Assembly (NCBI RefSeq): GCF_006345805.1
Contig: NC_043003.1
Span: 101,928,001-101,992,000, forward strand
DNA length: 64,000 bases
Direction of reading: 5' to 3'
From: Octopus sinensis
Taxonomy: Eukaryota
Both the position numbers and the translations under genes were made by a program. Below the pieces are notes generated by a model. That model ran no database searches and had not been told where the DNA came from. It saw only the letters and a list, made by a program, of their open reading frames with translations. Each line of letters begins with the position of its first letter. Position 1 is the stretch's first letter. Shown piece after piece: positions 52,425 through 63,698 of this stretch.

Positions 52425-52787
52425 ATCATCATCAGCATCATTTAACGTCCATTTTCCATGCTAGCATGGGTTGGACAGTTTGACTGAAAACTGGTAAGCT
52501 GGTGAGCTGCACCAAGTTCCAATCTGATTTGGCAGGGTTTCTACAGCTGGATGCCCTTCTTAACACCAACCACTTCAAGAGTGTAGTGGGTGCTTTTTAC
52601 ATGCCAATGGTATGGGTGCTAGCAGAATGTATGCCAAGTGATCTCACTTGGCTTGGCAGATCTTCGCAAGTACAATATATTGCCAAAGGTCTCGATCATT
52701 TGCCATATATATATGATACATATATAGAGATATGTATCATATGTATCACAAAATATTGTAGAGATATGTATCATATGTATCACATAT

Positions 52788-52833
<46 letters not shown>

Positions 52834-53180
52834 TATACATATATGACTTAGTGTCTCACTATGTCTAAATTTGGCTTTGTTGGTATTATCATCATCATAA
52901 ACATTTAACATTTGTTTTCCATGCTGGTGTGGGTTGGATGGCTAGACAGGAACTGGCAAGGCCAGGGGCCACACCAGTCTCTATAGTCTGTTTTGGCTTG
53001 GTTTCTATGGCCGAATGCTCTTCCTGACACCAACCACTCCACAGACTGCACTGAATGCTTTTTACATAGTGCCAGCACCAATGCTTTTTATGTGACACCA
53101 GCACTCACACCAATGCTTTTTATGTGACACCAGCACTCACACCAATGCTTTTTATGTGGCACCAGCACTCACACCAATGT
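52425..53180 (-). mobile_element. Two family D copies plus a 32-bp tandem repeat (3 or more copies, 53076-53175)
   Basis: Unit CACCAATGCTTTTTATGTGACACCAGCACTCA starts at 53076, 53108 and 53140. Confidence 0.75.
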
Positions 53181-54098
53181 TCTAGGATCTTGAAGAATGA
53201 AGCAAAGTCCTGGTTCCATGTCCTGAAACTGGTGATCCTTACATCTGCCTCGACCAGGTTCCATTACTTAAGCCAGGATCCAAGGAGCTCTGACTGCTGC
53301 TTAGATAGATACAAATCATGGGCAAGGTCATTCAGGTCTTCCTGCATGATCCAGTGGGGCTCATTGCCACTTGCTCCTGAATAAACAGAGACATTGCATT
53401 CAGAAGAGAATCTTGGGAGAATCTTCCCCTGAAGGCATTTCTTCATCTGATGAAGGAAGAAGATCCTTATTTGTTAGATGTGTAGGGACAGGGAGATCAT
53501 CTGAATGGGGAACAGGTTTCATAGCTGAAGGAAGGTTGGGATATTTGATCTTTTTTCTAGAAGCATTGAAACCTGTTATATTTGTAAGACAAAAATAACA
53601 ATCATCTACATGGCTTCTTGACTCTCTCCAGACCATTGGGACAAGAAAGCTGAAGGCTGTTTTCTTGTTGTTAAACCATTGTAGTAGGGTTTACAACAGA
53701 TGTGTGGGGCCCAGGATTTGTCCTGATCTCCAATTTTACAGTCAAAATAATGAAAGTAAGCAGTTCTCAGGAGGGAAGTACTTGTTCAGTGCTGTGTAAC
53801 TGTCATGAAATCCCCACACATATAGCAGAATGAGTTTGTCTTGTTGATGTATCGTCGGTGTTTTGAAGTGCCTGAAGCCTTTGTAGAGATATGTATCATA
53901 TGTATCACAAAAATCTGGAAAACAAAATAAAAATTGATCATATATATGGTTACGTGAATTGTTGCAAAATCATAGTAATGTATATCTCAAAAACTAGAAG
54001 TGATGAGTGAAAATTGGTTTTGTATCTGAAATGAACACACCAAAATTAAGTAAGAATGACTATTTTTATGTTTGCCTCAATTTCTCTGTAAACCAGTG
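53180..54098 (-). mobile_element. Chapaev3-like (CMC) DNA transposon, 5' half
   Basis: Begins CACTG (54098). Translation remnants include NSFCYMCG, YFDCKIGDQDKSWAPHICC, PMVWRE..HVDDCYFC..KYPNLPSAMKPVPHS and EPH..QEDLNDL..DLYLSKQQSELLGS.LK.WNL. The family assignment comes from my recollection of Chapaev3 transposases. Confidence 0.7.
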
Positions 54099-54440
54099 TA
54101 ATTTCCATGTTGATCATGAATTAGAAATTGCAACAAGTTCACATATTGGAAAGAATTATTCTGTAACTCTTAAAAAGGTTTTGTAATTATGCTGCCAAGA
54201 CAAGAAAAAATATACACACTGAATTCATATTAGCCAACAGTAGTGGTATGTCAAGATTGAGTAAGTGCTGTGATAATGGCTATTAAAAGCAGCAAGAGAG
54301 TATGTGGATAGCTGAGCTGCAGGCCACCACACACTGGGGCAAGAGGTGAGACATATGAAAATGAATTGGCTGGTCTCTGTATAAATGGCCTAGTGAGAGT
54401 GGAGATGCTATTTTGCCTGTTCATCTTCTGCAAATCTTTA

Positions 54441-55920
54441 TCATCATCATCATCATTGTTTGATGTCCGCTTTCCATGCTGGCATGGGTTGGACGTATGA
54501 CTGAGGGCTGGCGAACCAGATGGCTGCACCAGGCTCCAATCTGATCTGGCAGAGTTTCTACAGATGGTTGCCTCTCCTAACACCAACCACTCTGAGAATG
54601 TAATGGTTGCTTTTACGTGCCACCAGCACAAGGGCCAGTCAGCTGCTCTGGCAACGATCATGCTCGGATGGTGCTCTTAGCACTCCACTAGCACAGATGT
54701 CAGTCATCGAATTTGATTTCGATTTTGATTTCATTTGCCCCAATAGGTCTTCACAAACAGAGTTTAGTGTCCAATGAAGGAAAGGTATGCATAAGTGGGC
54801 TGGTTACACTCCTGGCATAGGCCATGAGGTTATGGTCTCACTTGGCTCCATCCCAGGTCTTCCTGGGTCTACCTCTTCGACAGGTTCCCTCAACCACTAG
54901 GGTGTGACACTTTTACACACAGCTATCGTCATCCATTCTTGCCACATGACCATACCAGCGCAGTCGTCTCTCTTGCACACCACATCTGATGCTTCTTAGG
55001 TCCAACTTTTCTCTCAAGGTACTTACACTCTGTCGAGTATGCACACTGACATTAAACATCCATTGGAGCATACTGGCTTCATTCCTTGCGAGCTTATGCA
55101 TGTCCTCAGCAGTCATAGCCCAAGTTTCACTGCCATGTAGCATGGCTGTCCGTACACATGTGTCATACAGTGTAGCTTTTACTCTGAGCGAGAGGCCTTT
55201 TGTCACCAGCAGGGGTAAGAGCTCTCTAAACTTTGCCCAGGCTATTCTTATTGTAGCAGCTACAATTTCAGCGCACCCTCCTCCGCTACTGACTTGGTCA
55301 CCAAGATAACAGAAGCTATCAACTATTTCTAGTTTTTCTCCCTGGAATGTGACAGAAGTCGTTCTCTGCACATTTTCAGTATTTATTGCTCCCAAGCATC
55401 TGCCACATACAAAAACTATCTTCCCAGTTAGCCTTCCTTTGATATTGCTGCACCTCTTATGTGTCCATAGCTTACACTGGGTACATCTTATAGAGTTTCT
55501 ACCTACGCCTTTTCTACAGATCGGGTAGGGCCATCTACCTGAAGGGATTTGTGGTTTGCCTGCCTTCTTACTTATTAGGACTTTGGTTTTAGCTAGGTTG
55601 ACTCTAAGGCCCTTTGATTCTAATCCTTGTTTCCACACTTGAAACTTCTCCTTCAGTTCTGATAGTGACTCAGCAATTAGAGCAAGGTCGTCAGCATAGA
55701 GGAGCTCCCAGGGGCATCCTGTCTTGAATTCCTCTGTTGTTGCCTGGAGGACTATGATAAATAGGAGGAGGCTGAGAACTGAACCTTGGTGGATCCCTAC
55801 CTCTACCCGGAATTCTTCACTGTACTCGTTGCCAACCCTCACCTTACTGACAGTGTCCCTGTACATGGCTTGCACAGCTCTTACTAACCATTCATCTATC
55901 CCTAGTTTCCATGTCTATTC
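54441..55920 (-). mobile_element. 5'-truncated RTE LINE with intact 3' UTR and (GAT)n tail
   Basis: RT ORF followed by a UTR that is the source sequence of family D. Confidence 0.92.
54913..55875 (-). CDS. Partial RTE reverse transcriptase (QG, YADD) with embedded PHD-like finger
   Basis: GIHQGSVLS..LF, LLYADDL, LRVNLAKTKV, [YPIC..CTQC..HKRC..CGRC], FCYLG, RIAWAKF, LHGSETW and RLRWYGHVARM. Confidence 0.92.
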   Translation of the reverse strand: MQAMYRDTVSKVRVGNEYSEEFRVEVGIHQGSVLSLLLFIIVLQATTEEFKTGCPWELLYADDLALIAESLSELKEKFQVWKQGLESKGLRVNLAKTKVLISKKAGKPQIPSGRWPYPICRKGVGRNSIRCTQCKLWTHKRCSNIKGRLTGKIVFVCGRCLGAINTENVQRTTSVTFQGEKLEIVDSFCYLGDQVSSGGGCAEIVAATIRIAWAKFRELLPLLVTKGLSLRVKATLYDTCVRTAMLHGSETWAMTAEDMHKLARNEASMLQWMFNVSVHTRQSVSTLREKLDLRSIRCGVQERRLRWYGHVARMDDDSCV

Positions 55921-56559
55921 ATAAGTCCTGACAGGGATATTCTATAGGCTTCTAGAAAAATCTGTCATGCAATGTCTGGCTGCTGATTGGTTCATAACTT
56001 GGCAGCTCACAGGAAAATGCTGTTACTAAGATGTAATTTTAGCTTGGAAATCTGTTGATTTGGTTTCGAATCTTGCTACACATTTTTAAAATTTAATTTT
56101 ATTTATATTTTTGCTCTATGAATATGAAGTAAATCACACATTTAGAGTAGTACAGAATGCATTTCTCTTTACAACAGAAAGTGGAGATCGACAGTCTTTT
56201 ACAGAGACAGACAAATGCATAAACTCACTACCACCATCGTATTTTTTTGATAAAATTCAGCTTCTTGTTGTGAACACAGAAGATTGTTTTGATATAAAAA
56301 TTCAACCTCAGTCACTTATGCCAAGATGACACTTCGCAAATGTCATCTTGACATAAAGTAATAGAAGCTGGAAGAAATTATTCAACAGCATTGTTGATGG
56401 TAAAAAATCAAAACTGATGTTGTTTGCTTGGACTTGAGGGGAATTTTGGCATTACATTTGCATGGGACTTACCTTGCTATGGTAGAACAGAAATGAAGGT
56501 AAAATGAAGAGCAAATACATTTCGTAATTTCATTATTTCTGTCTCAGTTTAAAAAAAAA

Positions 56560-57050
56560 AATTTCATTGTTACTTTATGTTCATTTTAAATCCACTATAC
56601 TGAGTATTATTGTAGCATCTAGATGTTTGGTGGAGTGTGCATCTGCAAAAATTACTATGCTTAGGTCATGAACCTATTCAGAATTTTGAATTGCTTCTTT
56701 GTTTTGAGCATGTTAGAATATTTCGTAGGGAACTTTTTTGTCAGTAATGGAGGGCAGGTTATTATCATTGAGTCCTGTTGGGAGAATCTTGTATGTCTTA
56801 GAGTGTACAAATTTTTTCACTTGTCTTGATTATAAGTATCACTCTTGTGATATCTGTGAAACTGATGAATATGATTGGCTGGATATTTTTTGTCTATATC
56901 CAACAATATGATAAAGAACAAAAATGGACTCAGAACAGTATCTTGTGACACTCACATCTTTTGGATAGGATTCTGTTAGCTGTAACCTTTTAACTTTGGT
57001 CATTCAAGAACTCACAGACCCAAATAACCAACCTTTTTCTTATGCTAATG
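56560..57050 (-). mobile_element. Decayed CR1/L2-group RT fragment
   Basis: Remnants parallel the QGTVLGP.LF...DID...SSF.D.TRV region of the ORF at 58889. Confidence 0.55.
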
Positions 57051-57439
57051 TTTCTTCAGCTTAAGACATAGGTCATGATCAACCTGTCTGTTTGTCAGTA
57101 TCTATGTATGTATTTGAGTGTGTGTACATACCCAAGCCATCACGGGAGCTGTAGAAATCTGTAAAACATTTCAGACATTTATTTTTCAAGTATATATGCA
57201 CATATTTAGACATGCAACTATAAGCATGATAATACATACATAAAACAAAACATACAAATCTGCACAAGCACTGACTCCAAATACTGCACATATATATACA
57301 TATATGTAAAAACACCCTGTTGATGTTGTTGAAATTCCAACAAAAGAGGCTTGGATCTAGGTTAGAAACCAGTTCTTTCTCTATTGGCAAGAAATCTTGA
57401 AATAAACTGAATAATGACATCATTCTTACAAGCATACAT

Positions 57440-58250
57440 ACACATCAACAGTCAGTAACTCAAAAGAAAAGAAGGTGGAAGAGGCTTAAAATCAGTGCAG
57501 ACAATTTTCAAGTGCTGTATGATATCACTCAGACAGCAGCCACTAAACAAGAGCAGCAAAAATATAGACATCTGCCAAATGCTTGAAATTGAAGTGAACT
57601 ACATCCTTTGGGTTGGTAGTGAACTCCTCAAGAAATACCCACTTCCTGATGACCTCCCTTATGAACTCAGATATTTTAATAAAGATCTGGAAGAGAAACA
57701 CTACAAGTCACAAAAAGGTGTTTCCTGTAAACTATTGATAGATAGAAATGACAATAATGGCTTCAAAGTTTGGCACAAGGTCAGCAAATTCAGAAAAGGG
57801 AATAAGTCAATTATCATGACCCTAGTGCGTAACTGGTACTTATTTTATCAACCCTGAAAGGATGAAAGGCAAAGTCAACCATAGTGGAATTTAGACTCAG
57901 AGCATAAAGATGGATGAAATGCTGCCCAGCATTTTGCCCAGCATGCTAGCGATTCTGCCAGCTTGCTGCCTTAGTAAAAGATGACAATGTTAACATGAAA
58001 TGTAGTCTCTCTTGGAACTTCTGACTGTCAGTTCATGTCATACCTTGAAGGCTATATTTTAGGAATCCACAAGCTGGAGATTGCTACAAAATATCTATGA
58101 ACAAATGTTGGTTATGTCACTCTTTCGTGGAGGACATAACACATGTAATCAGCAGCTGTCCAGAAATTTTATTGAGGTACTACCTCTCAATGCAACATGA
58201 GGTTGATAAAACAATATGCAATACCGTCTCCAGAAAAGCCTACCCAGGGA
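57440..58250 (+). mobile_element. R4/Dong-like non-LTR relic interrupted by a family B SINE (57815-57975, minus)
   Basis: KRKEGGRGLKSVQTIF (thumb), EGYILGIH..EIATKYL and a CCHC knuckle KCWLC...EDITHVISSCP..LRYYL.MQH. Confidence 0.65.
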
Positions 58251-58445
58251 TGGAATATGTACATATCAGCACCGGGAATATTGGTGTTTACATCCCTGTA
58301 GCTTAGCAGTTTGGCAAAAGTGACTGATAGAATAAGTGGTAGGCTTAACAAAATTATAAGTACAAGAGTCTATTCATTCAGCACAAAATTCTTCAAGGCA
58401 GCATCCCAGCATGGCTACAGTCTAATGACTGAGACAAATAAAAGA
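58250..58445 (+). mobile_element. SINE family A 3' half
   Basis: GTTTACATCCCTGTAGCTTAGCAG...CCCAGCATGGCTACAGTCTAATGACTGAGACAAATAAAAGA. Confidence 0.75.
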
Positions 58446-58832
58446 TCTTATGCCCAAGGTCATGGCTCAGCAGGGTATGAAAACCATTTCCCAAAAATGC
58501 GGAACCCAGGTCATGGCTCAACAGTGAATGAAAATCATGCTACTCAATTGCATACATCAGCTGTAACAAACCCAAACTCGCAGAAATTCGATATAGTAAT
58601 GAATGAAAGCAGTTTTTTAGGCATAATCTACCAACTACAACAACAGCTGTACTCCATACAGACGACTCAGCAAAACCAGGCAACATTGATACAAAGGCTG
58701 ACACCTGGACTTACAGAGCACATACAACAAATACAGACAGCCCAGCAGACCGAATATCCAGTCAGCACAGTCCCAGCAACTACAACAGTCTTGCCAACAA
58801 TAGGGCAGATGTATCCGGTACAACAAGCATAA
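58446..58832 (+). CDS. C-terminal part of LINE ORF1 (Q/T/P-rich)
   Basis: Open frame to TAA at 58830-32, overlapping the ORF2 frame. The first 45 codons of the track ORF (58311-58445) are SINE sequence. Confidence 0.6.
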   Translation, partial: SYAQGHGSAGYENHFPKMRNPGHGSTVNENHATQLHTSAVTNPNSQKFDIVMNESSFLGIIYQLQQQLYSIQTTQQNQATLIQRLTPGLTEHIQQIQTAQQTEYPVSTVPATTTVLPTIGQMYPVQQA

Positions 58833-61819
58833 TAACAGCAAATATCCAGGGTCTTTATCCGAAAACAAAACAGTGTAAAGTCCCTTTCTTGGAAGAATTA
58901 GCAACAGAAAACAACTCCAAAATAATTGGAATTACTGAAAGTCATCTCAACGAAAACATCCGCAACAGCGAAATCACAATCAATAGATTCAACATCTTCA
59001 GATGTGATAGACAAGGCAGATCCCATGGGGGCGTTATCATGTATATCCATGATACCTATGCATGCATAGAACTTGTCAATGAATCAAATGCCTACTGCAA
59101 CCTGCTGTGCATAAAAATCATCCAACTTAATACAGTTGTAACAATAATGTACAGACCGCCAAACAGCCCAACATTATCCTTCACTGAGCCACTGACAAAG
59201 CTCCAACAAATTCTGGGAAACATGGCAAGTCCAATGCCAGACATTATCCTCCTTGGTGACTTCAACTTCCCTAACATCATCTGGCCACATGGACACATAC
59301 TAAAACTGGGGACAAAAGCTGAACAAATACAGGCAGCCAAACTGTTGGAAGTCACAGAGAAATTATACCTCAAACAAATGATGATAGAAGCAACAAGAAA
59401 TAATAATACGATCGACTTGGTTTTCACCAACAACGAAGACACGCTATTTGACCTTCACTCAACCCCAACAATCCTTTCAGACCACAATATTATTGAAATG
59501 CATTTACTCATTGGTAATGAGCCCAATGCCACAACTCTTAAACAAAAGGACATGCCAAAGCTATGCAGGTATGATTATCACCAGGCAAATTGGGAAACTA
59601 TTAACAACCAGTTACAAATCATTGACTGGGATCTCTACCTTACTGGGCCAGATAAACACAAGAAATTCTTAAACAAGATCGAAGAAATATGTGAAAAAAA
59701 TGTTCCTCTAAAGAAAACCAAGTCCACAAAAAAACCTGTACCACGGGAGCGAAAGATCCTGATGCGCAAAAGGTCAAGACTAAGAAACAAAACATCTAAG
59801 CTGACATCAAAACATGAATTACAGAAAGTCCTTGACCAAATATACAGATTAGAAGACAATCTAAAACAACACTATGATGAAGAACGTAACAATGCAGAAA
59901 AGAGAGCCATAGAAAACATCAAGAAAAATCCAAAATGTTTCTACAGTTTTGCAAAGAAATACTCGAACACCATGTCAACAATAGGACCTCTCCAGAGACA
60001 AAATGGGGATGTAGTGAATAACCCTATTGAAATGGCAGAAATGTTGGGTCAACAGTATGAAAGTGTCTTCAGTGAGCCATCTAAAACCATGAAGATCCAT
60101 GACCCAGGAAAATTCTTCAAGGATATCGACCATACTAAACCTACCCTATCCGACATTGATTTCAACCCAGAAGACATAGCAAGAGCCATAGACAAGCTCT
60201 CCATGCACTCGGCTGCGGGGCCTGACGGTTTCAATGCCATGATACTTAAAAACTGCAAGGCACAATTGTCGAAACCCCTTTACATGATATGGAGGGAATC
60301 TATGGAGAATGGCAAAATACCAAATACATATAAAGAAGCACACATAACTCCAATACATAAAGGGGATAGCAAATCAAAACCAAAGATCTACCGACCAATC
60401 TCACTGACATCACACATTATCAAGGTCTTCGAAAGAATAGTTCGTGGAAAACTGGTTGAGTTCCTGGAATCCAACAATCTGATGAATTGCAACCAGCATG
60501 GATTCAGGTTAGGTAGATCATGCCTTTCCCAACTACTGGCACACCATGACCAAATCCTAGAAAATCTAGAGAATGGATACAACACAGATGTTATCTACCT
60601 CGACTTTGCCAAGGCATTTGACAAGGTAGATCATGGCATCCTGGGTCACAAACTTCGAAAGCTAGGAGTAGGAGGAAAAGTTGGTACATGGATACACGAG
60701 TTCCTTACAAATAGAACTCAAACAGTCACTGTGAATGGAACCCATTCAACACCATCACCTGTGACCAGCAGTGTTCCTCAGGGTACAGTACTCGGCCCAA
60801 TCCTGTTTCTCATCCTCATCTCTGACATAGATGAAGATACAACCAGCAACGTCTCATCCTTTGCTGATGACACCAGGGTCATGAGACAAATCAAAGACGA
60901 GGTGGATACAGAGGCCTTACAAAAGGACCTGACCACCATATATAAATGGCAGGAAACAAACAACATGTTGTTCAATGATAAGAAGTTTGAACTAATTCGC
61001 TACGGAACAGATCAAGATCTGAAAAATACAACAAACTACAGAAACCCATCAGGACAACAAATAATGGAAAAACAGTATATGAAAGATTTAGGCATCCACA
61101 TGGGAACCAACCTAAAATTCAGAGAACACCTTGACTCAGTCTGTCTTACTGCAAGAAAGTACAGCGGGTGGATCTTGCGCACCTTCAAATCAAGAGATAC
61201 CTCAACAATGAAAACCCTCTGGAACAGTATGATACTTCCGAGGATTGACTACTGTTCTCAGTTGTGGTCACCAACAACAAAGGGCCAACTATCTAAGATA
61301 GAATCGCTCCAAAGAAATTTTACCTCATACTTCTCAGAAACGAGGGACCTGGACTATTGGCAAAGACTCAAAACCTTGAGGATGTACTCAATAGAAAGAA
61401 GATTTGAGCGATACCGAATTATATACATTTGGAAAATGATAGAGCAGAAGGTGCCAAACTTTGGTATCAAAACCTACCACTCACTGCGCCACGGAAGACG
61501 CTGCCAGCTGCCACCAATCAACAAAAAGGCTGGCCAGGCAGCAAAAACCCTGCGAGAATCAAGTCTGTTGGTTCGAGGAGCACAACTGTTCAACTCCATT
61601 CCGGTACATGTCAGAAATCTATCAGGATGCAGTGTGGAATCATTCAAATTGCAACTGGATAGATACTTAAGCACCATTAGAGATGAACCCCATCTCCCAG
61701 GATATACACAACGAGCACAAACTGACTCAAACTCGCTCCTACACATGTCAAATTTAAGCAGAGAATACAACCTGGCAACCACACCAGACTCTGAGGGTGG
61801 AGTCTTCGACTTGGCCTGA
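58607..61819 (+). CDS. LINE ORF2: APE endonuclease plus reverse transcriptase, no AUG before the EN domain
   Basis: The frame is open from 58607. Motifs: SIITANIQG, ITESHL, MYRPP, LGDFN, IDLVF, SDH, APG-like AAGPDG, YRPISLT, QHGFR, DFAKAFDKVDH, VPQGTVLGP, FADD, KDLGI and YCSQLWSP. Confidence 0.95.
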   Translation, partial: KQFFRHNLPTTTTAVLHTDDSAKPGNIDTKADTWTYRAHTTNTDSPADRISSQHSPSNYNSLANNRADVSGTTSIITANIQGLYPKTKQCKVPFLEELATENNSKIIGITESHLNENIRNSEITINRFNIFRCDRQGRSHGGVIMYIHDTYACIELVNESNAYCNLLCIKIIQLNTVVTIMYRPPNSPTLSFTEPLTKLQQILGNMASPMPDIILLGDFNFPNIIWPHGHILKLGTKAEQIQAAKLLEVTEKLYLKQMMIEATRNNNTIDLVFTNNEDTLFDLHSTPTILSDHNIIEMHLLIGNEPNATTLKQKDMPKLCRYDYHQANWETINNQLQIIDWDLYLTGPDKHKKFLNKIEEICEKNVPLKKTKSTKKPVPRERKILMRKRSRLRNKTSKLTSKHELQKVLDQIYRLEDNLKQHYDEERNNAEKRAIENIKKNPKCFYSFAKKYSNTMSTIGPLQRQNGDVVNNPIEMAEMLGQQYESVFSEPSKTMKIHDPGKFFKDIDHTKPTLSDIDFNPEDIARAIDKLSMHSAAGPDGFNAMILKNCKAQLSKPLYMIWRESMENGKIPNTYKEAHITPIHKGDSKSKPKIYRPISLTSHIIKVFERIVRGKLVEFLESNNLMNCNQHGFRLGRSCLSQLLAHHDQILENLENGYNTDVIYLDFAKAFDKVDHGILGHKLRKLGVGGKVGTWIHEFLTNRTQTVTVNGTHSTPSPVTSSVPQGTVLGPILFLILISDIDEDTTSNVSSFADDTRVMRQIKDEVDTEALQKDLTTIYKWQETNNMLFNDKKFELIRYGTDQDLKNTTNYRNPSGQQIMEKQYMKDLGIHMGTNLKFREHLDSVCLTARKYSGWILRTFKSRDTSTMKTLWNSMILPRIDYCSQLWSPTTKGQLSKIESLQRNFTSYFSETRDLDYWQRLKTLRMYSIERRFERYRIIYIWKMIEQKVPNFGIKTYHSLRHGRRCQLPPINKKAGQAAKTLRESSLLVRGAQLFNSIPVHVRNLSGCSVESFKLQLDRYLSTIRDEPHLPGYTQRAQTDSNSLLHMSNLSREYNLATTPDSEGGVFDLA
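58613..58619 (+). other. Candidate -1 frameshift slippery heptamer T TTT TTA
   Basis: In ORF1 phase AGT TTT TTA GGC. The -1 frame has a stop at 58604-06 and is then open to 61819. Confidence 0.45.
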
Positions 61820-62939
61820 GCATGGACTCAAACCCAAATGAAATGAAATGAAATGAAATCCATTGTATGGAGTAGCACTGTGCATAGTGTATATTCTGGA
61901 ACATATATAGATATTTATATTCTGATGATGCATTTCTGCCAAGACAAACATGCACAATAACTTAATGTATTTTGCAAGTAGCATTTCTCATAATTCTTAT
62001 ATTATGATTAAATATCTACAAGTTACAATAATTTTCTTAGTTTGAATTAATGGCATGCACAGTTTGATTGACCTTGAGTGAAGAAACAGGCAACAGAATT
62101 TTGTAAACTCCCAAAGAGAAAACACTTCAGTTTAGTTGATTTATGAAAATATACTGTTATGTGCAGATAGCAGTAACATGATTGATTGTGTATTTCCATT
62201 GTTAAGGGTTGTTTCAGAGAACATAAGCACTAGTGCTATGTAATAAAATTTAATTATTCCTAGGATTATGGAATAGTCTCTGATTGTTGTCAGGGTGCAT
62301 CATTGTAGGTAAGGGCTTTGTATTTTCCTAAAATCTATGACAACATAAAACCCATATGAATTCCTGTTGCTTTTATCCATTGGTGAAGTTTTGTTTTGTG
62401 ATTCAGAAAGCAAAATTGCTGAAGTTGGCAAAGATTGGCATAATAACGTAATGTTTGATAGTACTTGACTTAAATTTGGTAATGAAACAGAGCTGGAAGA
62501 ATGTTTTGTTTCTTTTTTCTGAAAAGCAATTCTTTCACTTTCCCCATTGAGTTTCTAGCAAATGATGATCTCTGATGACTTTAGAAGTTTCACTTTCTGG
62601 ATCACAAAATCACTGCATTTCCCTTGCCCAATCATCTATATAGATATAAAACTGAGGATGTGTGTGTGTGTGTGTGGTGTGTGTGTGTGTGTTGTGTGTG
62701 TGTGTGTGTTTGTGTGCGTGCATATGTGTGTGGGTGTGCCTATCTATCTGCCTGCTGTCTGTCTGTGTGCATCACTAAAACTTGAGAACTACCCAACCAA
62801 TTTCATTCAAATTTTACACATGCTTTACTTAGGGTCCATGGAGTGTTATGGGCAAAATAAAAATGTTCAACTTCTTGCCTGATGCGAACCCAGAGCAATC
62901 TCTTATCTCTTACACTATTTCAGTATTACATGTAAAAAG

Positions 62940-63104
62940 TGAAACAATAACATCTCTACTGTAATGTGAGTTTTAATACTTTCACTATTACTTCTTTCTT
63001 TATGTATATAATAAAAATATATTGAAATTATTAATACTGGCATGTGTATATGTGTATATAAATCTGCACATATATATGTATATATGTATATATGTATATA
63101 TGAA

Positions 63105-63181
<77 letters not shown>

Positions 63182-63256
63182 ATATAGATGTATATGTATA
63201 TATGCATATAAATACATGTATAAATATATACATATAGATTTATATGTATATATATT

Positions 63257-63293
<37 letters not shown>

Positions 63294-63330
63294 GTATATA
63301 TATATATGTATGTATATATATATGTATATA

Positions 63331-63385
<55 letters not shown>

Positions 63386-63390
63386 CATGT
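62940..63390. repeat. Compound (TA)/(TG) microsatellite
   Basis: Direct inspection. Confidence 0.9.
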
Positions 63391-63527
63391 GCGTGTTTTG
63401 TTCTTGAGTGCTTTGGTTTTACTGGGATCTCCCTTTAAAGTAGAAGGAATAGCCAATACTTTTTGACTGCTATTTCTAAATTCGGTGTGTGGTGAGGCAA
63501 ATCGTTGCTGAACCCTAATTATTTAGT

Positions 63528-63558
<31 letters not shown>

Positions 63559-63698
63559 TATATATATATATTAATAAAAGGAGTTCCAACCTTGTCTGAT
63601 TTTCACGTTTTATTTACAATCTTATAATGATATATTATAAGATAATATATTATAATAGAATAAAATAAATTAATAGAATGTTAAATGTTCATTCTGAT

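Larger units (their letters stand above)
58446..61860 (+). mobile_element. 5'-truncated CR1/L2-group LINE, apparently young
   Basis: ORF1 tail, uninterrupted ORF2, a very short 3' UTR and an (AAATG)n tail at about 61836-61859. No TSD was found. Confidence 0.93.

Noticed and set aside
58311-58445. N-terminal part of the 173-aa ORF as LINE ORF1
   Set aside because: The sequence is the 3' half of a family A SINE, so the open frame is coincidental.
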